Shown piece by piece: positions 1 through 14,138 of a stretch of 64,000 nt of DNA (positions within the stretch are counted from its first letter, which is position 1; every line of letters starts with the position of its first letter). The position numbers and the translations under genes were made by a program. Under the pieces are notes generated by a model. That model saw only the letters and a program-made list of their open reading frames with translations, searched no databases and had not been told where the DNA came from. Source of the DNA: Setoptus koraiensis. Taxonomy: Eukaryota > Animalia > Arthropoda. The stretch covers positions 3,658,001 to 3,722,000 of the forward strand of contig CM106585.1 in NCBI GenBank assembly GCA_048013815.1, in the 5' to 3' direction.

Positions 1-1
1 T

Positions 2-2469
2 AATGTGAAGCGTGGAGTGAAAAAATTTGAATTCAATGGCCTAAATAACAAGGATGGCATGCAAATGGCGCCAGTTAATGGTCATTTGGACAGAGTGAAA
101 AAGAATTCAATTATCAATAATGATGAAGTTGTTGACGGAGCCAGCGACGGTGGCGAACTGTTGAAATTAGTGGATAAAAAGAGTTATTTAACTGAAATGA
201 AAATTGCTCAAGAGATAAGAGAATTCAATGAACGAGAACAAGAGTTACGTAAGCGTCATCACAATTATCTATTGGAGCTTAGAGCAAATGAGCCGTCATA
301 CAATGCTGATGATGCAAGCGCTAATAATAAAACAACAACGGCAATTAGGGACAATGAGCATTCTATTAGTCAGATTACATTATCGTCATCGGCGTCATCA
401 TCGTTGACACTGTCATCATCGTCGGCGTTGTCATCTTGCGTATTATCGCCACAACCGCCTGTGCCAAAACAGCGACAAACAACGCAAATAAAATCACAAT
501 TGAAACAAGTAATGGACAACAACAGTAGCAGCAGTAGTATCGATGATGATACTACTGCTGCTGTTAATGACCAGGCTATCAAGACTGACGATGCAACTAG
601 CACTGCCCAATTGGAATTGGCCACAAACGGGGGTATTAGTTTGGAGGAACGAAAGAAACCATTTAATCAGCAGGCATCATTGCTGTCAGCAGCATCATTA
701 GGCAATCAAAATGTATCATCGAGCCCCACTAAACAACAGCAATTGATCAATAATAAGAATTTAGTTAGTCACATAGTTAAGGGATTTGAGCAACAAGTGG
801 TGACAACCAACGACAACAGCCAACAGCTCGGCTTGAAACAATCAAAGCTGATGACATTTAGCAAATCAACGCCATCTTTATTGCACGGCAAGGACACACA
901 AACAGTCACAATGGGCTCGCCGGATAAAAGTGGCACCAGCAATGCCAGCCAAGATGACACCTATAAATTGGCGCCGGACAGTGACAGAAGCAGATCAAAT
1001 GATTGTGATCAAGACAAGGACAAGGCAACACCAACAACAACAACTATACCGCATAAGCTTGCCGATGTTGGCAACAACAGCAACACAAAACACCACAACA
1101 CCAGATATGCCATCAATGGTGGCAATCACAACAGCAGCAGCAACAACAACGGCAACAACAACGGCAACAACAACGAATCGTTATGTAAATTAGCGACACC
1201 ATTTAGAAATAATCTGAGATGTATAAGCACGCCCATATTTGTTGTACAAACAAACAATTTGTCGCCATCGTTGTCACCTAATCAACATAAAACTGTAATT
1301 AGTATGCACAAATTTATAAATAGTCGCGGTACAAAATTGTATCATCACACCCAGCACAACTATTCATCTTCTACATCATCATTGAATAGCATTGGCATGA
1401 CTGGAAAAAACAATGGTGATAAAACAACAATTGTAAAGAACACAAATAAGCCACAATCATTAACTCAAGTTATTAGTCAACAACCACAAGTTCCCGTTGC
1501 ACCCGGCACAACAAGGGCAGTAATAGAGTCATTTACTAAACAACAACAACAGCAGCAACAACAACAGCCAATTGTAATTAGGAAATTAAACCAAGATGAA
1601 CACATCACCAAATCATCGGATGGCCCAATCAACGCGTCCAGTGGTACTGTTTGTCTGTCGGCCGAATACAAAATACAAGCCGAACTCATAGAGATGAGAG
1701 CCAGAGAAGAGGAGCTCAGGTGAGTGATTCGCTACAAAATAACCTTGTGCATAAACGATTTCTATTGAATTTTCTATTAATTTTTTATTTTGTTTTATTT
1801 TGTTTTATTTTGTTTCTTGCACTGTCCAAAAAACCATGTCCACGAAAATCGTCTGTGATTAGGATACTGCGGGCAAAATTGAGCCCCAATGACAAACTGT
1901 CCAAGCAGATGGGTTCGTTGACCAATATTGAAAACAATCCAATGCAACTCGTCGAACCTAGATCCACCAGCAACGGAAATAGTGCGCAAAAATCAGGCAC
2001 TGAGGACAAATCAAATCAAATCTTTAACGAGGCCAACAGAGAATCTTTGTATCCTGTTAAGAGGACAATAAAGAATTTTATCAAAAAACAACAAGAGGCA
2101 ACAACTAATTTGGCCACGAGCAAATTAATCAAACAACAGATTAGGCAATACAACAACATTACTACAAATGTAAAACAGCCAACAGTTGCCAGTCATTGTA
2201 AAGAGAATGATAGATTAAGTTCGGTTGACATAAATTCTAACACAGTTGTTGTATCACAATCAACTGATGATGTCGTGTCAACAAAACAGGACGAACAAAC
2301 AACTAAACAACAACTTGTTAGCGTCGCCAACAATGAACAAAGCAAACAAGAGGATTGTGATTATGTAAGCAGTTTATCTCATCCTATCATCTATTCACAC
2401 AGTCAACCAGTCTTGTCAACCAGAAAGACAGTTGGGACAGCTCTTAGTTTTAGTCATAAGATTTCATAA
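2..2469 (+). CDS. 5'-partial uncharacterised S/T/N/Q-rich protein; exons <2-1719 and 1863-2469
   Basis: Frame is open from the window start. Donor AG|GTGAGT at 1720. The first AG after the T-rich tract (1861-1862) restores the frame (EEELR-ILRAKL) into ORF 1651..2469. Two KIxxE(I/L)xExxxREEEL(R)-like helical motifs. Confidence 0.6.
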
Positions 2470-2964
2470 GAACTATTTCCGATTAGCATACTAATTTTAT
2501 CAATCTGTCATTATTATTATCTTATCTCGTGTAACCAACTGCATACACACACACACCATTTGTTGCATCATGTTTGTGGGCATATATCGATTAGGATCTA
2601 AAGGTTGGAGGACCAAGAAGGAAGATTTCTATGATAAAAAAATGGGAACAATTGAATCAGGGACAGAATGTGACGGCTACGAAGAAATAGCAACAGCAAC
2701 GACAACACATCATTTGGTTGTATGGTCATGAAACAACACAATTGATATTAATACCAAAATGAGCTTATAGAGGATGTATTAATGTACGATTAATTAATTA
2801 TTATCCATAACGATGATTATGATGATTATATCCATGTTTTGTACAGTAACAAAAAACTAAATTTGCAGTCACACTCTACTATGTATCTGTGTCTGTATTG
2901 ACATTATTATCATGATGTTTAGTATCACAATGTTTTCTCTCTCGGCTTGCTCTCGCTGGATGGT

Positions 2965-4744
2965 CTACAAATCGTCAAATTCTGGCGCATCGTGTCCCCT
3001 TCCGACGCCCTCCATGGCCTTGACAAGATCCTCCGATTGTAGCATGCCCTATGATTGAAAGGATTGCGAAGATGATAGAATGACGCTGGTGTCAGTGGTC
3101 AAATGGAAACAATTCAGATGAAATATATTCGTTGCATATTGGTATGTTGTCACTTACCATGTTCCAATTGAGAGCCCAAACAAGTCCGTCGTGAACCGAA
3201 TGATCCCGACTGTAATTCAGGCACAACTTTGTACCCTGAACAGCCACCGGACTGTTGTTGGTGATGCTAGCAGCCATTTCTAGAGCCCCATTGAGAGCTT
3301 GCTGTTGATTTTCGTACACACGGCTCACCAGACCGTTCTCTTTTGCCTCGGCGGAAGTGGCACGTCTAGCCGTGAGGGCGAGCTCTCTGATCCACGAGTC
3401 GTTGGCCACCATTTTTGGCATGCGTTGAAGGACTCCCTGGTAAGTGGACGGTGCAAGACAGTGCAAAAAGAAGTGTATCAGTCGATCGTTCTTCGAATAC
3501 AATTCCAACTCGTAGATTGTGTAAACTATTCAGAATAAAATTATTAAACTAACCATGTCGGCCATCATGCCCGCCGATACGTCTTTCAGTTGGAAAAAAG
3601 AATCTTGGGCACAAAATCTGACATCGGCACAACAAATCAGATTGAGCGCGGCGCCCAGACAAGCACCATGAACCGATGCTATCACCGGTTTTGCGCATCT
3701 CTCCACCATATTGAAAGTCTCTTGGTACCTGTTGCGTTTTTCGGTGGCGATAGATGGCGATTAGAACAGTGATCCAAACAATCAATCAATAAAATGTCAC
3801 AAATCGACACAGAGACAGAGTAGAGATTGGTTGGGGGGCATGCAGCGCAGAGGCACTCACTTGGATAGTAAATTTCTAAGAAATTTCGCTCGTCGAGCCA
3901 CATCTCTGTTCACCGTCAGGCCTTGGCTACTGCTGATCTCATGCAAAATATTCTCGATATCCTGATGATCTAAACCGGAGGAAAAATCCTTTCCCTCGCC
4001 TGATATAACAACTGCCCTGCAGCCTGTGTCTTCGTGAATCGTACGAAATACCGATTGTAATTCTTGCAAAGCTTGTCGATTCAATGCGTTCCTCTTGCCG
4101 GGTCTATTTAATTGGATATGTAACACTCTAGAGATGGGCGACGACACTTGCAGTGTCTCATATTCCGAATAACAGACAGTGTTTGAGGTCGACTGACCGT
4201 TAGACGACCAAGTTCTTCCATTGTTGTTGTTATTTGGTTTTATTTGATCCTCTATCGGGAGACTACTGGTACTGCGAGCGCATTCTTGAGTAGCCTGTGA
4301 TGAGCTAGACGATGACAACAAATATCTCTTGCTAACAGTGTTAGTGATTGCTTTTTGTTGGCGCAAGCTGTGATCTATGAGATTTCCTTCCTCATTGCAA
4401 ACTCTAGTTAATATATTACTATTATTGGTGTTGTTATTGGGCGACGATGAACAGCCGGCTTGCCGACCGGTTAAGCCAGACAATTTAAGCGCCAAAATTT
4501 GTGTTGGAGCAGCGCCGGCGCTCAAAAGACACGAAGCGGCGCCTAGTGGTGTTGGAAAGACAAATAATTTCACAGTTAGTTAGTCAGTTAGTGCAAATGG
4601 TCTATATCTCTATGGAATAAAAACACAATCGTCGTGCCTAATGTCAAGTGTAGAGTAGTGATCTTTCATTAGGTTTCGACAGCTTTTTCTCATAGTCACA
4701 CGGTCTAGATAGTTACCTTGGCCGATTTTGTTAAGTGCGATCAT
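2965..4744 (-). CDS. ECH1: Delta(3,5)-Delta(2,4)-dienoyl-CoA isomerase (crotonase family); exons 4744-4717, 4542-3861, 3728-3554, 3436-3158, 3048-2965
   Basis: Spliced translation has LHIQLNRPGKRNALN, FSSGLD, YQETFNMVERCAKPVIASVHG, LQRMPK, SPVAVQGTKLCLNYSRDHSV and WNMGMLQSEDL, matching ECH1. All four introns are GT-AG and phase-consistent. The first ATG exon is inferred because the long ORF has no Met. Confidence 0.9.
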
Positions 4745-7700
4745 TGTTTTCGGTGTTACTAATTGATTTAGTTACAGGTTGTTTCAAGTTTCTGCTAGTC
4801 TCACTTGAGTTTAATCTAGCTGCTACTGTTAGAGGCCAGATAACTTGCTAGGTGCTAGGCTGCTTCGACAGCTCGGTTCGACAGGTTAGTTAGATGGGTG
4901 AACAGGCAAACAAGCGTTGCTATTGGTGCTGTTGTTGCTGTTGTTGTTGTTGTTGTTGTCGTAAAAGAATAGAATCGGATTGTTCAGATTGTTGACTTGG
5001 TTAGCTTGGTGCTCTTTATACTTTGTTGCACACTTATGCCACAATTTAATTCTTTAAGCGACCAACGTTGGCGTTACTAGTCAAAGATCTAGTGAAATTG
5101 AATAATTTCTGCTGCCTTTAGAGAAATTATTATCAATTATGATAATATTATATTATTACTATAATAATGATCGCAATGCCGTAATGAAGTTACTGCTGGC
5201 TAAAAATCGATCGCTCAAGTTACAAATCGCTACTAGTGGCGGTTGTGCAGTTGTCGAAATAATCTATTATCTATAGAATTACTAGATAATGATGATCGCG
5301 TACACTGATATTTCTGATCGTACTGTAATATTTCAAGGTTGATATATTTATTTTATCTAAACTGTCGTAATGGTTGTTGTCGTCGTACGATCGTGTCGAT
5401 TGTTCTTGAAATTTAATTAGAATCTATTCTCTGCCTTTATCTTAAATCTGCCTTTACTATATATAGCTCTCTCTTATATAGCTAGCTTATGCAATGTTAT
5501 CGCTATCAGCGTAAGTGAATTCAAAATATCACTGATACTTATAATGGTATCATAATAAATAAACCGATTGCAGGCTGATAATATGGTTGCATATTCCTAT
5601 CGTCGTTGTAAGGCTACATTCGGATGATAATTGATATTGGCGTTGTCCCATGTTATTATTGTTGCTGTTGTTGTTGTTGTTGTTGTTGTCGTCGTTTGGC
5701 AACCTGTAACCTCAAACTATCAGGCAAGCCGTGTTACGTCATCCCGTCATTGTAAAACACATGCCAGATACAAACAACAACATCCGATGTCGAAAACAAC
5801 CACATGCCTGATATTTAAAAGCCATGATAGCAGTAATAATCTAATATACGCCTAGGCATATTAGATATATTGATGCCGTGTTAGGTAAGAAATGTTTGCA
5901 AGAGATATGAGATGAAACGTAAAAAATACCTCAGAAGAGATTAGCTTTCGTTGTTGTTTCTATTGCCGGCTTGAAAGAACGTACCCCAAATCTCGTAACT
6001 AAAACCGCTGACAACAACCGCTTACAAGTTGTGCCGAGGATCAAGTTGTTGTTGTTGTTGTTTTTGTTTACATCTCGTTGTGAAATATTACGTCATAATG
6101 CAAGCTAGCTGAAAGGCTAAACGCTTATTGGGTGGCTGCACATTGAATGCATAAATGCATTTATTACTCCCTCTCTCTCTCTCTCAGCATTAGAGCTGCT
6201 ATTGCGAGAGTTGTTAATCAAATCCAATACAACGACTGCTGCTGCTGGTGCTGATAATTATTATTAGTCTAACCGAAGCTGCATCTATTATGTAGCGAAA
6301 AAGTTGGTCTGTTGAGAGACACTTGTCCACATGCTGGTGAGCTACAGTTCTCGACCAGTTCTCAATACATCTATATTATTATTGTAACTGAAAATTGTTC
6401 AACAAGTTGTCAAGTGAAAGACATTAGTGTGAATGTTAATGACACACATTTCAAGTGCCTGTGATCTCGATTCAAGTTCATTTCTTTATTCTATTTATTC
6501 ATCAACACAAACACACCAACAGTTCGAAACATAATCTTGTGTCGACACATAAGTCAGGTAGCCGACCCATTCGTAAGGTCCGGTGAACGTTCATTTGAGA
6601 ACTCTCTGTTTCTCGCAACGGAATCGTGTGCTTCGAATCATCGACTTCAAGTGCTATTCATTCTGATACACTCAGCGTACACCTGCTCACAAGTTGTCAG
6701 TTGCATTGAAACGAACGGGCCTAATGAAAAATTTGGGTACAGGTATTTTAGAAAGTTTCTTTCACTTATAGCGAGAGTGGTTTCAGCCGAGACGATTTCA
6801 CTAATTCCAGTCTGTCCAACACCGCTAATATAATCCATATATATAGTATATACATACTTATATACATATGCTGCCAATGATCACCACCACATGTTGGGCC
6901 GTATCCTTGATCAGCACTGAGTGGCGCGCATCTGAATATTGTGCAAATCTGCAAACAACAACAAGCTTATGATGCGATTGAACCACCATTACCAGCAGAA
7001 TATATATATATATATATCTGATAGCTGTAGCTTGATAATGATGTCCTCTGATCATAAATAAATCACACAGATAACATATAAACCTCATATAAATATACAA
7101 ACTTTACAAAATAGCTACGGCTTTGTCAACAATATTTCATCAACCACTTGGCGTTAGACGCAATCTTGCCGATGAGCCAATCAAACTGGTGCGCCTGAGC
7201 GAGTGCCTCTCCAAAGAAGATTGCTTGTTTTGATTTGGATTTGGATTTGTATCCAAATCAAGTTAGAAAAATAAAGCCGGGCGAGCTAAATGAATTGCGA
7301 ACAGTTTGTGCAAGCGTCACCATGACACTAACTCAACTTGATCCAGTGCCAATGCGGCCAGTTGGCGGTGTTAGGCAAGATCAAGTTTTTTCTCTTATTT
7401 ATTCATGGAAGATATCATTAACTTATTGACTTTAATAAGTCTATTTGCGACCGTTGTAGACAATTGCAACGAGATATATTCAGTGGCATCGAGCCATAGA
7501 GCAACTTATCTTGATGGCCTCTGTTTGTAAAACTGCTAGTGTGGAAAGCAATGTTTCTAAGATTGTAGATTGGCGTAAGATGAGACAATGTGAGCATTGA
7601 TTGTTTGTGTAGCGTTATAATTATTATCGTGCAAGATAAGAGACGATTGAAATAAAGCAAAAAAATGTGAGCAATGAATGAAGGAATAACAATGAGAACA

Positions 7701-9447
7701 AAAATGCAGCTTTTGAGAAATCTTTCTGGGATAGAGGGCGGCAACAGGTGGTGGGTATCTGGCAGAAATAGCAACAGCCAAGTTAACACCGCTCGGATGG
7801 GATTTTGTTGTTGTTTCCATTGTTTGCGTAGAATCTATGAATAATGAGGTGGTGGTGCAGCACGGACTACAATCTTTTGCCCGTTACCTGTGGCTGCATG
7901 TGGAAGACAATGAGCGCCACCAACAGCAAAAACAACCACAATTAAATGCTTTTTATCTTACTCTCCTCAAGCAAGCTTGCCATTGTGGCACAGTTGTGGC
8001 AAATATTGCACAATCATTAAGTGCACATAGCTTAAAACAATTGTATCTGTGCGTGTGGATAAGCGCCGCTGCGCAACATTGAATGACCTACTTCGAAACA
8101 AGATGACCAAGTTGACGTGGCTATTCTCATAATGAACTGTACCGCTATCCCGGCTGATCGATAAGAGGGCTCTCTCTCCCTGTATCTTGCCGAATGACTC
8201 TCATCGTATGGCAGCAGCAGCAGCTTTGAAGCAAATGAATAGTCACTTCTCAGCTGACTTGCTGCAGATACATAGATAGTGTGTCTGTCTATTTCTCCAC
8301 CTAATTGCTTGTGTTTGTTTGTATCCATGAGAAAGAGAGAGACAGAGAAAGAGACGGAGCGAGAGAGGGAGAGAGCGAGGGAGAGAGAGAGAGAGAAAAG
8401 AAAAAGCGAGAGAAAACAACGGCTCAAATGGCAAGTCAGTTAGCTTATCTATTGCGTACATAGTGAGATAGTCGGCTAGTCAGTCAGTCAGTCAGTCAGT
8501 CAGTTGGATAGACAGTTATTTAGTGATGTTGATGGTGGTGGTGGTGGTGGTGGTTTTTATCAAAGTAAATATACTCATACCAATGATCCAACTTATGTCC
8601 TTCTCTATCTCATAGGAGAAATCTTTCGAAAAGAGTTCGATCTTATCATTTCGTCGGTCATAATCGTCATTGCGCTGGAGAAGAAACTTAAAATTTAGAA
8701 ATTGCCTAGTCTTTGTGGTTTGATCAATCTATTTCAGTCATATTTTTTTCTTTCTGTCTCTGTGTCTCTCTCTTTCTCCAGCCTCTCTCTTGCTGCTGCT
8801 GCTATCTGGACTGTTGGTTGCCACTCGCCGCTTGCTACCATTGCTATTGGCATTACATACTTGATTGCCGTTCGTTTTCGTCCTCTGCCTCTGCCTTTTC
8901 GCTCTTTCTTCTTCTTCTTCCCAACCTTTTATATTCTTCTTCGTCGTCGTCGTCGTCGTCGTCGCCGCCGTCTTCTCCTCAATGTTTAGCGACACTTTTG
9001 AGACTCGCAATACCAACGACGATGCATCTAAACACCGCCAACAACAACAGCACTAGCCAAATCCAACGAAGTAACAACAACAGTAACAAAAGCTACAACA
9101 ACAAGAACAACGGCAACCACCAAACAACAGCCTCTGCAACAACAACGGCAACAACAGACATTGCTCTCTGTGAGTCATTCCTCATTCTAGCTAACGGTAC
9201 ATTGTATTAGGGTCAAACTACTTCAGTCAACATAAGTTTATAACTTTTTTGTCAACAAATTCATTATCAGCATCGTATATTCACAATCCAGCGTCTTATT
9301 AATTCATTATAGAACAATATATAATTATTGTCATATAGAGACAAATACTAAAATTGATACTTACATACATACATAAGTATATATATATATATACATCCGT
9401 TATATATATATATATCTATGTGTATACGTTATAAGATTTCCACCAAC

Positions 9448-12400
9448 ATGATGGATTTTTATACGTATACAATATTTTCATTATTCTTAGGTTCATTAAG
9501 TCTGAATATTCTATCATCATCAATTAATTTACTATATAATCTCAACCACCCGAACCACCAACACAATGACAACAACTACAACTACCTAACTAATGTTGCC
9601 TACAGTCAATCTATACCATCTTTAAATGCTGCCACCAACAAATTAATGACAAGTAAGTATTCATAAACAATTAATTACTACTGACAACGTGAATACACCA
9701 TAAAATATACCTTCTACTGTTAATAGGTAATATTAGTGAAACATAAAAACAAAATTCTAAGGAAGAAGAAGAAAAAAAGGTTGAATTAATATTGATATAC
9801 TAATGAAATCTCTAGTTGAAGCCACCATTAAAAAAATAAATCGCATCATCAAAACAAACGACAGTATTTACAGTTTTGCTTATAGAAGCTTAGTTTAATT
9901 TAGTCTTTGGCCTTTTCAGAAATGTTGGCTTGATAACGATAGATCATTATTATCAATTTATTTATGATTGCAATTATCATCGGTATTACTAGATGAGTTA
10001 CGTAATTATCGCCAGACGTGTTCGACATTTTTTTAGCGTTCAAATTTAGCGCCACCGTTTTGTTGTGAAAGTTCGATGAGATTCCATCGCATTGGCTCTT
10101 ATTCTCTCTATGTGACCGCTGATCAGTAAAAGTATAACTTCTGCTCTTCTGACTGCTTGTCGTCATGCAATCCTAATCAATTTCTTCAATTATCTATTTA
10201 TCTTTGAACAAAATTTTACTTAATCCATCACACGTGACTGTATCACAACCGCCGTCGTCCAACAATAACAATTCGATTTATCTCAATTGATTACATAACT
10301 ATGGCCTGATAACTATGGACTTCATTTCTTGCAATCAACAGGCAGAAAATCTTCAGCAAGCTCTCCATTACTATCTAGCCAAAATTTCAACGGTGCCAAT
10401 TTACTTAATACAAATACGCTACCTATAAATACTAAAAGCAACAATGGAAAATTGCTTGTTTGCTACTACACAAATTGGTCTCAGTACAGGCCTAAAGAAG
10501 GTAAATTTCTACCGGAAGATATTGATCCTCATTTATGCACACACATTATATTGGCATTTGGATGGATGAAAAAGAATAAACTTGCACCGTTTGATGCTTC
10601 AGATGAAACAAAAGATGGAAAGAAGGGTCTATTTGAGCGTGTCACTAGCCTTAAACTGGCCAATCCAAATCTCAAAGTCTTATTGGCTGTCGGAGGTTGG
10701 TCGTTTGGAACAGAACGCTTCAAGACAATGGCCGTCAACAGATATAATCGACAATTATTTATATTTAGTGCTATGGAGTTCTTGAGAGAGCGTCATTTTG
10801 ATGGATTGGACATAGATTGGGAATTCCCCAGAGGGGACGACAAGAAGAACTTTGTTGATCTACTCAAGGTGAGTTATTGTTTTCATTGTATTACTCGCGC
10901 TTCCATATTCAATGTTTCAATACGAACTACCCAAAACAACCAAGACTTATGAAACACATTGTACGGGTTTTATTGCAGGAATTGAGGGAAGCTTTTGATG
11001 CTGAATCCAAAGAAAAGAGATTGCCTAGGCTACTATTAACTTGTGCCGTCTCTGCAGGCGCTGAGACTGTACGAGGAGGTTATGAAGTAGCACCCATAGC
11101 AAGGTAAGCGTCAATATGTCAATATATTTACTCTGATATAATATCCAATATTTTATAGTTAATACTGATCTATTTTCATTGCAACACGCCCAAATCAATC
11201 TAGCTATGTCGATTTCCTGAATATTATGAGCTACGACTTTCACGGCAAATGGGAAAGTAAGACAGGACACAATGCGCCTTTATTTGCATCTGCCGGTGAA
11301 TCCGAATGGAGGAAGCAGTTATCAATGGATTATGGTGTAAAATTGTGGGAGAGAATGGGCACACCGAAAAGCAAAATAATTGTCGGCTTAGCCACTTATG
11401 GTCGTAGTTTTACGCTGGCTAACCCTTCTCAAAATGGTATGAATGCAGCAACATCCGGTGGTGGAAAAGCTGGTGAATATACTCGTGAGGCTGGATTCTT
11501 GGCTTATTATGAAGTTTGTGATATGCTTAAGCAAGGAGCTTCGTATTATTGGGACGACGAGCAGGCTGTACCCTATGCTGTTCATGGAGACCAATGGGTT
11601 GGATTTGATGATGAGCTGAGTATCAGGAACAAAGTGAAATGGTTGATAGATAACGAATATGGTGGTGCCATGGTATGGGCTTTAGACATGGACGACTTTA
11701 AAGGGATATGTACCCCCAAAAAATATCCATTGATCAAATCAATGGCCGAGGGGTTGTTTAATTTGCCACCGTCACCCTCAAGCGAATGGCTGGCGATAGT
11801 CAAAACAGCTCAAGCGAGGCCGGCGGCTATTGCGGCCGCATCTTCGAGCGTGGCAAACAATTTGTTAGCCCCAGTAGCAGTGGCGGCCTTACAAGCCGCC
11901 ATTGCTAATGGGTCTGGTCCATTGGCCATAGATCTGAATCAATTGAAAAATATTCCAGGATTGAACGTCACCGCACTTCCCGCTCTTGCTCAAAACCAGA
12001 CGACGTCAAATGCCAGGATCGTCTGTTATTACACTAACTGGTCTCACAAAAGACCAGGGCTCGGAAAGTTTGGCCCAGAAACTCTTGATCCTACTTTGTG
12101 CACTCATATTATTTATGCATTCTATGGTCTCAAAGATGGTAAACTGGTACCAACAGAAGAAGTAGATAACGACGGAGAAAACGCTCTCTATAAGCGAGTT
12201 GTAGCCATCAAACAGTTAAATCCAAATCTACGAGTTATGTTAGCCGTTGGTGGTTGGATGATGGGTTACGCACCATTCAGACAGCTAACAGAAAATGCCT
12301 ATCGGCAAACATTATTTACATTTGAAGTTATAGAATTCTTGCGAAAGCATAACTTTGATGGTCTCGATCTCTGTTGGGAATTCCCTCGTGGCCAAGACGA

Positions 12401-13497
12401 TAAAGAAAAATTCTCAAAATTAGTTCAGGTAATAGCCATTTCAATCCACCAAAATTTGAGTTATAATGATTACCTATCAATTAATATCTATTATAAAATC
12501 TATCTATTACCAAATAATTTGTATCTAGGAATTGCGAGAATCTTTTGAGGGTGAGGCTAAATCTTCAGGAAAACCTAGACTCATTCTAACAGCAGCTGTG
12601 CCAGCCAGTTTTGAAGCGATTGCTGCCGGATACGACGTTCCTGTGATTAACAAGTATTTAGATTTCATGAATGTTATGACCTATGACTTTCATGGTGATT
12701 GGGAACAAATAGTTGGCCACAACAGTCCATTATATCCTTTGAATTCCGCCTCTGCCTACCAAAAGAAGTTGACGTTAGATTTCAGTGTAGGAGAATGGGT
12801 ACGCCGAGGTGCATCAAAGGAGAATCTAGTCATTGGTTTGCCTACTTATGGCAGAACCTTCACTTTGGCCAACGCTAACATGACCGATATTGAGGCTCCT
12901 GCTTTAAGAGGTGGTTTACCTGGGCAATATACCAAGGAAAGTGGCTTTTTATCCTTTTTCGAAATTTGCGAAATGCTGAAGAACGCCGCAACATTGGTGT
13001 GGGACAATGAACAAATGGTACCCTATGCATATAAGGGTGATCAATGGGTCGGCTTTGATGATCCAAGAAGTTTTAAAATCAAAGTACAGTGGTTGAAAGA
13101 GAGAGGTTTCTCAGGAATTATGATCTGGTCGGTGGATATGGATGACTTTACGGGATCTTGTATGGGATTGAAGTATCCATTGATAAAATCTGCCAAGGAG
13201 GAACTCAAAGGTTATCATGTGGCCAATCTCATTGAAGCACAAGGTTCACAGTTACATGCGGCCATAAATGGGGTCACAAAAAACAAAGATGAGATCCAGT
13301 GTGAAGAGACAGATGGACATATTACTTATCATAAGGATAAAAAAGATTGTACCATGTACTATATGTGTGAGGGTAGCAGACGACACCACATGCCTTGTCC
13401 ACAAAATCTAGTATTTAATCAGAATGAGAATGTTTGTGATTGGCCCGAGAACGTAGAAGGGTGCGGCGTCAAACTGCCTGTAGCTGCGGCTACATGA
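9448..13497 (+). CDS. Cht7: Group III (Cht7-like) chitinase: N-terminal hydrophobic anchor, GH18, Ala-rich linker, GH18, CBM14; exons 9448-9652, 10342-10868, 10979-11103, 11204-12428, 12529-13497 (~1016 aa)
   Basis: Two CYYTNWS..R starts, FDGLDIDWEFP and FDGLDLCWEFP motifs, MSYDFHG/MTYDFHG, two WxxDMDD motifs, and a C-terminal 6-Cys chitin-binding module. All introns are GT-AG and frame-consistent. The start exon is less certain. Confidence 0.92.
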
Positions 13498-13749
13498 TTT
13501 TTTGTTGGTGAGGAAAAACAATTTACACAAAAACACACTAATACAAAAACAAATTACAATTCTTTGAAAGATTTCCGACTAGTATGCAACAATTGATCTT
13601 CAAGAAGTCAGCGATAACGCGAAAGATACAACAAACTCCTTTACTGCCAAACAAACGTACAAAAAGAACAAATCAATCAAATGTGTATCTAGTTGGTTTC
13701 GACATCCACTCTTTCCCCCTGTAATCTTTCGTAAAACGATACACGATAG

Positions 13750-13750
<1 letters not shown>

Positions 13751-13787
<37 letters not shown>
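13751..13787. repeat. (TA)n microsatellite
   Basis: Directly visible, between the chitinase and ferritin 3' ends. Confidence 0.95.
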
Positions 13788-13791
<4 letters not shown>

Positions 13792-14138
13792 GATAATGTA
13801 AATTGAAAGAAACTAAACACCACAAAATTTGGATCCAAAAATCCACAAGCGCTGACATCTTGGTTTATAGTGATACCGGGTGGTTTAATATGTCTATACT
13901 TTACATTTCGGAGGAAGTCACATGTGTCCATCATCAGTCATGACTATAGTATATAACAGATTTGAGTATAGCATGTTCGAGTCTACGCTGCTTTCCACTG
14001 ACTTTTTTATTTTTGACAAATAACAAAGCACTGTTTGTTCCAAGGTTGTAATAATTTTGTGGAAAGTGTGTTTCGTAGATATATTTTTTACTTGAGATAC
14101 CCCATACATGACCAAGGAGTAAACCAACGACGCTACGT

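Noticed and set aside
1720-1862. Hydrophobic FLLNFLLIFYFVLFCFILF stretch in ORF 1651..2469 as a transmembrane helix
   Set aside because: It is the T-rich intron read in frame; the upstream coding frame stops at 1721-1723 if the intron is retained.
6555-6645. C/D-box snoRNA-like pattern on the minus strand (CGATGAT...CTGA with short terminal stem)
   Set aside because: The C box is imperfect and I could not identify an rRNA/snRNA-complementary guide; it needs snoscan/Infernal.
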